64,000 nucleotides of DNA. It comes from a virus (lineage: Duplodnaviria; Caudoviricetes). Each line of letters begins with the position of its first letter. Within the stretch, counting starts at the first letter, position 1. The translations under genes were made by a program, and so were the position numbers. Shown here piece by piece: positions 1 to 7,851 of this stretch. The notes under the pieces are model-generated. The model did not search any database. It saw nothing but the letters and a program-made list of their open reading frames with translations, and was not told where the DNA came from. The DNA lies in the IMG/VR virus record IMGVR_UViG_3300037189_030782. The stretch is one strand, 5' to 3'.

Positions 1-225
1 ATCATGCAAGACCCAGAGGCAGCTTACTGGTATGTATTCCATATACTAAAGCGCCGATGGCCTGAGGCTGAACAATACATTAGTAAATCACCAAAATGGT
101 CACGTGCTTACGCTGCTAGGTTTAAAGATTTTGTGAGAGAGAGGCAAGCTAACGCCGGGCGTGTGGGGATCCCAGGGCAGAAAAGCTGGGCGCTATACAG
201 TGAATCTAATAATCGAGTACAGTAA
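1..225 (+). CDS. 3' end of a phage protein with RWPEAE-type ~24-aa repeats (runs off the left edge)
   Basis: Frame is open from base 1; DPEAAYWYVFHILKRRWPEAEQYISKSP matches the repeat unit in the 4086-5243 protein. Confidence 0.6.
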   Translation: MMQDPEAAYWYVFHILKRRWPEAEQYISKSPKWSRAYAARFKDFVRERQANAGRVGIPGQKSWALYSESNNRVQ

Positions 226-254
226 AATATACTTAGTAGATTAAGGAATTTGCT

Positions 255-353
255 ATGAAACTGCGTCGTCTTTTTGCAGCGTCTAATCCTGCTAGGTCTG
301 CGCCGGTTTGTGCTCCAGATATGATTTTCATCGTTGGGTCCTCAAAGCCATGA
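255..353 (+). pseudogene. Short ORF MKLRRLFAASNP... (32 aa), possibly a truncated member of the MKL-start gene family
   Basis: AAGGA SD at 243-247, ATG 255, TGA 351-353; overlaps the end of the minus-strand gene; not in the ORF track. Confidence 0.3.
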
Positions 354-528
354 TAATGTCGTCTTCATTGTGAAGTGGTAAATCGTCCACTTTGCGCCAT
401 GTAAACGAGTTAGGTGGACACCACCATGAGCCATGTTCGTTTCGCTGTATCTTTATGTTTTTACCGCTTAATCGGTAGGCCTTGGCGCCTAGCTTCACGA
501 GATATCGCTCTAGTGGTGTGTATTTCAT
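328..528 (-). CDS. Small hypothetical protein, paralogue A (MKYTPLERYLVKLG...)
   Basis: Shares 146 bp with 3866-4011; 8 of the 10 differences are synonymous in this frame; homology starts exactly at the ATG at 528. Confidence 0.7.
   Translation of the reverse strand: MKYTPLERYLVKLGAKAYRLSGKNIKIQRNEHGSWWCPPNSFTWRKVDDLPLHNEDDIIMALRTQR
383..528. repeat. 146-bp dispersed repeat, copy 1 (copy 2 at 3866-4011)
   Basis: Manual alignment: same length, no gaps, 10 mismatches. Confidence 0.95.
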
Positions 529-558
529 GGCCGTATGTAACACTTGCGTAGCGTTGTA

Positions 559-581
559 GTAATTATATATTCAAACATAAA
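559..581. promoter_or_regulatory. 23-bp AT-rich intergenic motif GTAATTATATATTCAAACATAAA, copy 1
   Basis: Exact copy at 2684-2706, near copy at 4044-4064; each lies between divergent genes. Confidence 0.6.
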
Positions 582-607
582 TTAAATCAGTCAGTTTAGG
601 GTTTGTT

Positions 608-2347
608 ATGAAATTGCGACTTATTTATACTGCGTTGAACGAAGGCATTTACATTAAAGGTAGTGATGGCCAATCTACAGGTTACGAAGATTTAACGTTA
701 ACCAATTTAATGGGTGACGCAGAACGTGGTATTAAGAAAATGAATACTAGGAGTCTTACTCCTCTTTATAGCAAGCCAACTTATGCGTATAGAGAGGAGA
801 ACCTGCCGAGCGACTTAGTGCACGTATATCCTTTAGATAAGAGCGTGTTGACTAAAATTCCGTATACTAAGATATATTATGCATTTGCAGTTGTGCCTTC
901 AGAAGACTTTATGGATCAAACGTTAGAACCGGAATTCGGTCCAGATACGGATTATTCAATCAATAAATCGACTAATGAATGGATCAATAAAGTGCGAATT
1001 GCGGTAAGGGACGAATTCGGATCAACGAGTTCATCTCACAGTGCTTTATTCGCTTTCAGTAACAGCCCAGCTAAACCGAAAATTAACAGCATGCAAGTCT
1101 TGGATATGATGGTGTCTGGTGATAGAAAATTCAGTAAAGCTGCCAAAGACGCCGCAAAGAATCTTATACAGCAGTTAGAAAAGCATAACACGGTGTGGCT
1201 AGCCGACATAGAAAAAGAGATTAGTGAAAAGTTTGGCAGCAAAGAGGTGAAGCATAGAGGCGCTGAGGCTACTGCTTCTGGTACTCGCAAAAGATCAATG
1301 GCAAGTATCAAGATTACACGTGAAGCGGCAGCGAAAGAGCATTTACGCTATGCTAGTGTTGCTTTGGCCAAAAAATTAAAGCAGCCAAGCAATGCCGACG
1401 AACAGCGTATGGCCGATAAACTTACTGATATGTCTGTTAGGATGCTGATTAGAAAATTTAAGCCATTTGATTTCATTGTCAGGCCAGAATCGTCTTCAAG
1501 CTACAATGACAAGTTGGTTAACTTGATCAAGAGCCAGAGCGGTTGGGAAAATATGCAGGATTTGGTCTTGAATAAGAGGTTAGGCAAAGATCTTCAGGGC
1601 GATCTCACGGCGTTAAAACCTGAGAATCGGACGCCTGGGGATATCTTATATTCCCCCGAGGAAGAGGATGAGGCTAAAGAGGCGACGTTGTTGTTTGCTG
1701 AGCAGGGAGATATTGGCAAAGTTTTAGAACAGTTTGGGTATTCACGCACGATAACGATGCAGCGCTTTTTCGATAAAGCTAGAGAATCAGCGAAAATGGC
1801 TGCAGACAGAGCTACTGCAAAGCGGGCTGGGCGGCTAGTCGGTGAGCGGAGGGGCGGTAACGCTATAAAATTGGCTGATGCACAAAGAATACTGTCTACT
1901 GGGTCGCAATTAGGGTTCGATATGTCGAAATTACAGTCGCAGTTTACACCTCAAGTGCTATCACAAGATGAGATTGGACCTACTGAAGAACAAGTAATTT
2001 ACGATCCTGACCACAAAGAATTGGCAGTGGATCGATCCTTTAGAGTAAATGAACTTTGGGTGAATCTATGGGCCGTTAACAAGATCTGCCAAGTGCTGCT
2101 AGCGATTCAGCAGCAACTTAACGTTAAGCCTCAAATTAAGCAAATGACAGCTATAAATCAAGTGAAGGAGTTGCTCGATCTCTTTTCCATCGATGTTGAA
2201 CCTAAAGCGCTTGCAGGCAAACGTGTTTTGATCGTGGACGATAACGTCGATAACCAGTCCACCATGGTGATTTGCAAAAGATTGATTGAAGAGTACAGGC
2301 CTAGAGAAATTATAATGTTCACTCCGTTCTACATGCGCGTGGACTAG
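608..2347 (+). CDS. 579-aa hypothetical protein with a C-terminal phosphoribosyltransferase-like motif
   Basis: KRVLIVDDNVDNQSTM resembles the PRPP-binding loop (VLIVDDxxxTGxT); N-terminus MKLRLIY. Confidence 0.55.
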   Translation: MKLRLIYTALNEGIYIKGSDGQSTGYEDLTLTNLMGDAERGIKKMNTRSLTPLYSKPTYAYREENLPSDLVHVYPLDKSVLTKIPYTKIYYAFAVVPSEDFMDQTLEPEFGPDTDYSINKSTNEWINKVRIAVRDEFGSTSSSHSALFAFSNSPAKPKINSMQVLDMMVSGDRKFSKAAKDAAKNLIQQLEKHNTVWLADIEKEISEKFGSKEVKHRGAEATASGTRKRSMASIKITREAAAKEHLRYASVALAKKLKQPSNADEQRMADKLTDMSVRMLIRKFKPFDFIVRPESSSSYNDKLVNLIKSQSGWENMQDLVLNKRLGKDLQGDLTALKPENRTPGDILYSPEEEDEAKEATLLFAEQGDIGKVLEQFGYSRTITMQRFFDKARESAKMAADRATAKRAGRLVGERRGGNAIKLADAQRILSTGSQLGFDMSKLQSQFTPQVLSQDEIGPTEEQVIYDPDHKELAVDRSFRVNELWVNLWAVNKICQVLLAIQQQLNVKPQIKQMTAINQVKELLDLFSIDVEPKALAGKRVLIVDDNVDNQSTMVICKRLIEEYRPREIIMFTPFYMRVD

Positions 2348-2619
2348 CACTTGTCCATTGATAACAATATATCTTCCATCCAGCATAATGCTATGTCTAA
2401 GCAATCCGGATCACTAAGCTCGCATATGATTGAATCGTGCTTAGTGACCGCATCCTCATCATTATAATCATACATTGCAGTGAATATGATTTGGTCGCCA
2501 TCTACGTATGATGAAAAACTCGCATCACCTTGATATAAGTATTTAAGCTTATTGAGTAATAGATGCACAATGTCGTCACCAGGTCGGTTTCGTAATGAGG
2601 AAATACGCTCAGTTACCAT
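2344..2619 (-). CDS. Hypothetical protein (about 91 aa, MVTERISS...)
   Basis: 3' part of the 2344-2946 ORF; the upstream part is antisense to the 2756-2971 gene and crosses the promoter-like motif. Confidence 0.45.
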   Translation of the reverse strand: MVTERISSLRNRPGDDIVHLLLNKLKYLYQGDASFSSYVDGDQIIFTAMYDYNDEDAVTKHDSIICELSDPDCLDIALCWMEDILLSMDKC

Positions 2620-2683
2620 AATTCGCTCCGTGATATGGTCTAGGTTATTGCATGACTGCTTGTGACAATACTGTAGAGCTGCA

Positions 2684-2706
2684 GTAATTATATATTCAAA
2701 CATAAA
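2684..2706. promoter_or_regulatory. 23-bp intergenic motif, copy 2
   Basis: Identical to 559-581. Confidence 0.6.
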
Positions 2707-2755
2707 GCATGAGATCGGTGCTTTTAGTAAGAAGTACCAGGCCAAAGACGGCGGG

Positions 2756-2971
2756 TTGAATGCGAAGGGCCGAGCACATTTTAAGAGGACTGAGGGGGCT
2801 AATTTAAAGCCGCCTGTTAGCGCTAAGGCTGCTAAGAAGTCTCCTGCTAAGGCTAAACGCCGAAAATCCTTCTGCGCCAGGATGAGTGGCCAGAAGAAAA
2901 TGCATAATATTGATTGTAGGAAGAATCCTGATAAGGCGATATGCAAGGCCTTAAAGAAATGGGATTGTTAA
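2756..2971 (+). CDS. DUF6321-like basic phage protein (5' end uncertain, possibly frameshifted)
   Basis: GGLNAKGRAHFKR...RRKSFCARMSG...ALKKWDC is a recognisable phage motif; the frame continues upstream of the TTG without an ATG. Confidence 0.6.
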   Translation: MNAKGRAHFKRTEGANLKPPVSAKAAKKSPAKAKRRKSFCARMSGQKKMHNIDCRKNPDKAICKALKKWDC

Positions 2972-3001
2972 TATGTCCATCGTCTGGTCTCCGTTGGGTC
3001 T

Positions 3002-3084
3002 CGTGGGCCCCGCCGCGGCGCGCGGCGGGCGTCCCGCCCCCGTCTTACTGTGGCAGCCCACGGCGCAGGGAGGAATCCCCCCGC
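3002..3084. repeat. GC-rich structured element A (hairpin - CTGTGGCAGCCCA(C)GGCGC - hairpin)
   Basis: 49 of 60 bases at 3001-3060 are G/C; 9-bp stem 3009-3017/3021-3029; 13-mer at 3048-3060 is repeated at 3621-3633. Confidence 0.75.
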
Positions 3085-3527
3085 AGTTCATCCCGCACTT
3101 CCATCCACAAGCGACCAAGTAGATTGTCTCCGACCCAGATCTGATCTTTGTATTTGGCTCCCCACGGTGAGTGGCTAGCACGTTTGCTTGTGTCTTCGAT
3201 GATGGCGGCGTCTTTTGTCGCCAGAAGTTCATTCCGCAAGTGTGGGTGTTGTTCGATTTTTAGCCTGAGGACCATTCGCATATTGTCTAGGTCCTCGGCT
3301 CCTATTTTTTCAATGACCATCGATTTTTTATTCTTTTTTGCAATCATTTTTGCGGTCATTGGCGATGTTGCTGCGTGTATTGCGTTGATGATTGTTTCGT
3401 CTTCGAAACGCAAAGCTTGGAATAAAGCTTCTGCGGTTCTCCATGTTCGGCCACCATACGTGATTTTGTGTGCGCTCATGTTGCCTAACCAGCCGAAAGG
3501 CAACGCTACTTTTGTAAATGCGATCAT
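3045..3527 (-). CDS. NADAR family (YbiA-like) N-glycosidase
   Basis: WLGNMS, WRTAEALFQALRF, SPMTAK, LKIEQHPHLRNELLAT, PWG and GDNLLGRLWMEVRDELR motifs; GGAGA SD. Confidence 0.9.
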   Translation of the reverse strand: MIAFTKVALPFGWLGNMSAHKITYGGRTWRTAEALFQALRFEDETIINAIHAATSPMTAKMIAKKNKKSMVIEKIGAEDLDNMRMVLRLKIEQHPHLRNELLATKDAAIIEDTSKRASHSPWGAKYKDQIWVGDNLLGRLWMEVRDELRGDSSLRRGLPQ

Positions 3528-3578
3528 CGTTTCTCCCTTGGTTACGTTTTCATGTGACAGCTAAACTGCAGGATGATA

Positions 3579-3656
3579 ACCCCCCCATGTTTCCTCGTTA
3601 GAACATGGGGGGGTGCCCTTCTGTGGCAGCCCAGGCGCGGGGGAGAAACCCCCTGC
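3579..3656. repeat. GC-rich structured element B
   Basis: Perfect 13-bp stem 3579-3591/3602-3614, then CTGTGGCAGCCCA-GGCGC, then a G5-AGAAA-C5 hairpin. Confidence 0.75.
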
Positions 3657-3658
3657 TC

Positions 3659-3775
3659 CTACTTCGACTGTACCAGCTCGACCAGCTTGTCCTTGTTCGT
3701 TTCGAACCAAGCGGCAAAAGTCTCTTCTACGTCGTCCTTGGACTTGGCAAACAGGTCAGCCCACTTTCCAAAGGT
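3659..3775 (-). pseudogene. Orphan 3' gene fragment with no start (TFGKWADLFAKSKDDVEETFAAWFETNKDKLVELVQSK*)
   Basis: 38 codons, protein-like and G/C-ending; ends at TAG 3659-3661 just before element B; preceded by an in-frame TAA. Confidence 0.45.
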
Positions 3776-4011
3776 TTAAAGCCGAAGCAGAATGCTTTAT
3801 GCATACAGTCAATAATCTTAGTGAGGAGAGGCGTAAAAGTATTCATTTTTGTAGCGAGCGGCAACTCGTCCACTTTGCGCCATGCAAACGAGTTAGGTGG
3901 ACACCACCATGATCCATGCTCGTTACGCTGTATTTTTATGTTTTTACCGTTTAATCGGTATGCCTTGGCGCCTAGCTTAACAAGATATCGTTCTAGTGGT
4001 GTGTATTTCAT
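3727..4011 (-). CDS. Small hypothetical protein, paralogue B (MKYTPLERYLVKLG...) with a different C-terminus
   Basis: N-terminal ~48 aa shared with 328-528. Confidence 0.65.
   Translation of the reverse strand: MKYTPLERYLVKLGAKAYRLNGKNIKIQRNEHGSWWCPPNSFAWRKVDELPLATKMNTFTPLLTKIIDCMHKAFCFGFKPLESGLTCLPSPRTT
3866..4011. repeat. 146-bp dispersed repeat, copy 2
   Basis: Matches 383-528 with 10 substitutions. Confidence 0.95.
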
Positions 4012-4043
4012 AGCTGCTTGTGGCATTCGTGGTGCGCTATAAA

Positions 4044-4064
4044 AATTATATACTCAAACATAAA
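4044..4064. promoter_or_regulatory. Intergenic motif, copy 3 (AATTATATACTCAAACATAAA)
   Basis: 20 of 21 bases match copies 1 and 2; same 33-nt spacing to the minus-strand ATG as copy 1. Confidence 0.55.
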
Positions 4065-4085
4065 ATATTGGGCTTTGGAGCTATA

Positions 4086-5243
4086 ATGAAATTAGCATTA
4101 ATTTTGGAAGCAAAGTTGGATCGTCCTTGGCTGGAGAAACAACTTGGCAGAGGCAATCCTACAGTTGAAAAAATAATCGACACTGACCCTAGCGATGGGG
4201 CGTTCTTTAAGTGGTTGACGCAGTTATATAAAACTCATGGCACTGACGATTTTCTTAAGCCGCAGTTAAAACAAGATTTAGAGGAGTGGATTAATAGCTT
4301 TCAAGCTATAAAAAATGCTGGTCTAAGTTCTGATTTAAACAATAAGGATTTAGATTACTTTCAAGAGACTTTGGAGAAGACCAGAGAATATAAGGCCACT
4401 CAGGCTTCGCGCAAGCGGCTGAGTGGCGTACACTACTTGGGTAAGGAATATCATGGTGCCAAGGTGTTGCTTGACGATGGGACCTTTAAACTGTTTAAGG
4501 TAGAGGGTACGAGTCCAGAAGCAGTTAATGCGCTAGCGAAACTAGGTATCGGCACTGCATGGTGTACAAGAATTGGCGCAGATAAAGAAATGGGCTCAAG
4601 CTACCTTGCCAAATCTCCGCAGTACGTGCTATACAAGAATCGAAAACCATTATATCAATTCGATGATTACTCGTTTAAAGATGTTGATAATGAAAATTGC
4701 ACCATATCTATAGATGCGATCAGAGCGTTGGCATCGAACGGGAAATTTGTCGATGACGTAATCAATAGCCCATATAATAAGAAACTTGGTGAGCTTTGTG
4801 AGATCATAGAGTCTTTTTCAGATTTAGATGACATGAGTCCATTAGAAATGAGCGAGCTAGCATCAGAATATACTGGCAGGTGGCTTGAAGCTGAGCCACA
4901 TATAATAAAGCATCCTGTAGCGGCAGCATTATATGCGAAGTATAACATAAAAGGCAGTTGGCCGGAGGCTGAAGCCAGTATCATGAGTGATTCTAAAGCA
5001 GCTAAAATATACGCAAAGATGCTCCCGCGCTTGCGTGAATGCGTCAGTACATTTACAGTAGGCGGTCAAGACCGCCAAGTTAAGATAATCTGGAAGGAAT
5101 ACAGGAGGGATAGAGATAATGTTAAGGTGGTTTCTTACGAGTTTGTAGACGGGTTGCCACCAGTGCAACTTGATTTGGAAGAGGTCGAGTTTGAAGCAAT
5201 ACAAAACTCCACTCACTATTCACGGTGGGATCAAGTCAGCTAG
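4086..5243 (+). CDS. Phage protein with DPS..FFKWL and GTAWCT motifs (PcfJ-like region) and RWPEAE repeats
   Basis: Start MKLALILEAK at 4086 with a GGAG SD; GRWLEAEPHII...GSWPEAEASIM repeats. Confidence 0.6.
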   Translation: MKLALILEAKLDRPWLEKQLGRGNPTVEKIIDTDPSDGAFFKWLTQLYKTHGTDDFLKPQLKQDLEEWINSFQAIKNAGLSSDLNNKDLDYFQETLEKTREYKATQASRKRLSGVHYLGKEYHGAKVLLDDGTFKLFKVEGTSPEAVNALAKLGIGTAWCTRIGADKEMGSSYLAKSPQYVLYKNRKPLYQFDDYSFKDVDNENCTISIDAIRALASNGKFVDDVINSPYNKKLGELCEIIESFSDLDDMSPLEMSELASEYTGRWLEAEPHIIKHPVAAALYAKYNIKGSWPEAEASIMSDSKAAKIYAKMLPRLRECVSTFTVGGQDRQVKIIWKEYRRDRDNVKVVSYEFVDGLPPVQLDLEEVEFEAIQNSTHYSRWDQVS

Positions 5244-5286
5244 AACGAGCCTTAGAACATGCCATTGGAACAGATAGGAGTTTAAT

Positions 5287-6009
5287 TTGAACATCTTATT
5301 TCCTATAGCGGGGGAAGGCCGTCGATTCCAAAAGGGCGACCATCGAAAGATCATAAAACCGTTGATCGATATTTTGGGTAAACCGATGATAGTAAGGGCT
5401 ATTGAAACATTAGGACTGAAAGGGCGATTAATATTTGTAGTGCAAGGTAACGAAATAGGACAGAGCATCATCGAAGCTATATCGCAATATTATGGCGATT
5501 TTAGTGTATTCTATGTCGATGGTTTAACTGATGGTCCTGCGGTATCAGCACTCGCCGCTGAATCAGCGATAGACAATGACGAGGAATTGGTCATTACAAA
5601 TTGTGATCAAATCATGGCTTGGGATTCACACGCATTCACTGTTTTCTTTAAAAATATTGATTATGACGGTATTATCGTCACATATTTTTGTGATGCGGAT
5701 AAGAATAGTTATGCTAAGGTTGGTAAAGACGGTCTGGTTACAGAGGTGCGAGAAAAGGAAGTGATCAGCGACATAAGTCTAAATGGTATTCACTGCTGGA
5801 AAAAAGGTTCTGACTTCATCGACAGTGCAAGAGCGATGGTCTCTAAAAATGATCGAGCTATAAACGGCGAGTTCTATATTGGGCCGACTTACAATTACCT
5901 GATAAATGGAGGTAAGCGAGTAGGAATATATCACATTCCTAATTCGCAACATCATGCGGTTGGCATACCGGAAGACCTTGAGAAATACTTAGCGAGTGCT
6001 GCAAGATAA
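5287..6009 (+). CDS. Sugar nucleotidyltransferase (NTP-transferase family)
   Basis: PIAGEGRRF, KPLIDILGKPMI, ITNCDQ, EVREKEVIS, NGEFYIGPTYN; TTG start with a GGAG SD. Confidence 0.85.
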   Translation: MNILFPIAGEGRRFQKGDHRKIIKPLIDILGKPMIVRAIETLGLKGRLIFVVQGNEIGQSIIEAISQYYGDFSVFYVDGLTDGPAVSALAAESAIDNDEELVITNCDQIMAWDSHAFTVFFKNIDYDGIIVTYFCDADKNSYAKVGKDGLVTEVREKEVISDISLNGIHCWKKGSDFIDSARAMVSKNDRAINGEFYIGPTYNYLINGGKRVGIYHIPNSQHHAVGIPEDLEKYLASAAR

Positions 6010-6085
6010 CAGCTTAAGATTCAGAAGTTATTTTTCGTACGCAAGATTCATAATTCTATGTCGAAGCTTATAGCCAAAGCACCTA

Positions 6086-6715
6086 TCAACCATTATATGG
6101 TATTCCTCGTACCAGTATTGCCATTTGGAACCTGTGTGTCTGTATGTTGTATTTGGTAAGATGGTACTTTAGTAGTTGCTCAGGGTGGAATTTACATCCT
6201 TGTTCGCAGTATTCGTAAATGTGATCTATGAGATTGGTATAGATCTTCATGGTTTTAGGGTTACCGATCGCTATAATATCGTTCAATCCACCTCTATAAT
6301 CGCCTCCAGCTGGCACTAGAATATTTGAATCGTCTATGTGAGTCAGCCATTTTGTGTCGAATTCGTTTTTATATTCTACATCTAATCTGCCGCAAACGAC
6401 GTAGTCATATTGATCTATATTGATCATTTTAAACGCTAGTTGGCGTTTTCGCCACATAAAAAAGCAGTTTTGGATGTTTGTCTCGGGCTCTTTATGATTT
6501 AGGATATTATCTGGCACATGAAATGCTTTAACATCTGGGCTTTCAGTGATTAGTTTTTTTATGTTTATTGCGGTTTCGATCGCTCCGAATGGTTCATTAT
6601 TATATGTATGAATATAAATATCTGGGTTTAGCTTATCTAAGAAGTTATGCTTGTTAGTAGGTAAATGTGCGTTGGCGTCAGCTAGCTTGCCACCAGAAAC
6701 CCATGCGATTTTCAT
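6086..6715 (-). CDS. Putative glycosyltransferase (phage DUF7796-like)
   Basis: YDYVVCGRLDV, GGLNDIIAIG, FHPEQLLKYHL motifs. Confidence 0.6.
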   Translation of the reverse strand: MKIAWVSGGKLADANAHLPTNKHNFLDKLNPDIYIHTYNNEPFGAIETAINIKKLITESPDVKAFHVPDNILNHKEPETNIQNCFFMWRKRQLAFKMINIDQYDYVVCGRLDVEYKNEFDTKWLTHIDDSNILVPAGGDYRGGLNDIIAIGNPKTMKIYTNLIDHIYEYCEQGCKFHPEQLLKYHLTKYNIQTHRFQMAILVRGIPYNG

Positions 6716-6736
6716 GTGTGATGTTCAGTGGTGCAG

Positions 6737-7837
6737 TTAGGCCATGTTGATTGACCAACGGACTATTACTTCAAAGTCTGAGCTCTTTTTGACTGGTGTT
6801 TGTAGGATCCGATGTGAGAACATTCTAAATTCGTCTTTGAAGACACCAACTGCGCCAGTTATTGGAGTGTTGTTGGCTGTTCTAATTGTGCGATCCACGG
6901 TAATATCGACGCCGCCGTTTACTTTACTCATCACTAGGTAGAACGGATTTAATTGATCTAGCTCATTATTTTCTGCAGCGGTAGAGTCAGAGGCTACGAT
7001 TTTTATCGTGTCACCAACTTTGATATAGTTTATATATTCACCGGTCGTTTCGGTTAGACTTACTGTAGATCCTGCGACAGCTATGTTGGCTTGCAATGGC
7101 AAGCCATCGGTGTGGCCTAGGAGAAAGATGTCACGTGGCGGGCAATTGCAAACATTTGCCATATCGACTTCAGGCGCGCATACTAGGCTCACTTCGCTGA
7201 TAGTGAAGTAGTCACTGGCTGTATTCCCAAATCCGTTATATTCTGTCTTTAGGAGTGTTGTTTCAAATACCACTGTGTTGTTAAGTGGTCTTACTGCGGC
7301 GTCTAAGTTCGGATCACCTGCTGGTTGATAGCTCGATTCGAAGTAGATCCGTTCTACTGCTTTAAGTGGTCGATTTGGATAGCTGATCGGAATTGGATTT
7401 ATTAAATCTCCGCTTTTCAGATACCAGGTTGCGTCTGTGTTGCCGTTTTCATCGACACCAGCGCTGTAGGGCAAAGCGCCAGGTGACAGTGGCTTCGGGA
7501 CGTACGCTTGGGTTACTGGGTCGATTTTATAGAAACGTGCGTCATTGGTGTCAAGTGGGTTACCGTTTGCGTCATAAGAGGCGCCGAAAACAATGTAACG
7601 CGCGGCGAAATCTTCAATGTTAAAGCTATTATCTATCCAGGCGCCGCTTCCCGTACCAGCGGTAGGGTCCCAGTGCCGTGATGGACACAACCTGTGCGCC
7701 AGGCTTTCTTTAGCAAAGATTTTAATTATATTATTGTGCTTTTCGTGTTGGACCACATTTCCATGTACGTCTTTGACGATGATTTCGACTACGCCAGTGC
7801 ACTCTTTGGCGGTTCGTTCTTTGATATTCATGAACAT
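6737..7837 (-). CDS. Tail fibre/baseplate-type structural protein
   Basis: GVVEIIVKD...HNNII start, TVVFETTL...NG...ISEVSL and FSHRIL..PVKKSSDFEVIVRWSI end resemble tail-fibre attachment domains. Confidence 0.6.
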   Translation of the reverse strand: MFMNIKERTAKECTGVVEIIVKDVHGNVVQHEKHNNIIKIFAKESLAHRLCPSRHWDPTAGTGSGAWIDNSFNIEDFAARYIVFGASYDANGNPLDTNDARFYKIDPVTQAYVPKPLSPGALPYSAGVDENGNTDATWYLKSGDLINPIPISYPNRPLKAVERIYFESSYQPAGDPNLDAAVRPLNNTVVFETTLLKTEYNGFGNTASDYFTISEVSLVCAPEVDMANVCNCPPRDIFLLGHTDGLPLQANIAVAGSTVSLTETTGEYINYIKVGDTIKIVASDSTAAENNELDQLNPFYLVMSKVNGGVDITVDRTIRTANNTPITGAVGVFKDEFRMFSHRILQTPVKKSSDFEVIVRWSINMA

Positions 7838-7851
7838 TTGTGTTTCTCCAA

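Noticed and set aside
3579-3614. Element B as a hammerhead ribozyme (minus strand CUAACGAG GAAAC) or an integron attC site
   Set aside because: CUGANGA core has a mismatch, there is no stem II and GAAAC is tied up in the hairpin; RYYYAAC/GTTRRRY boxes do not match; no integrase seen
3774-3780. TTTAAAC (minus strand) as a -1 slippery site linking paralogue B to the orphan fragment
   Set aside because: Heptamer is in the wrong phase (TTT AAA C) and a -1 slip there lands on TAA; a recombination junction is simpler
383-4011. 146-bp repeat pair as a DGR template/variable repeat
   Set aside because: Mismatches are not confined to adenines of one copy, are mostly synonymous and lie at the gene 5' end; no reverse transcriptase in the window
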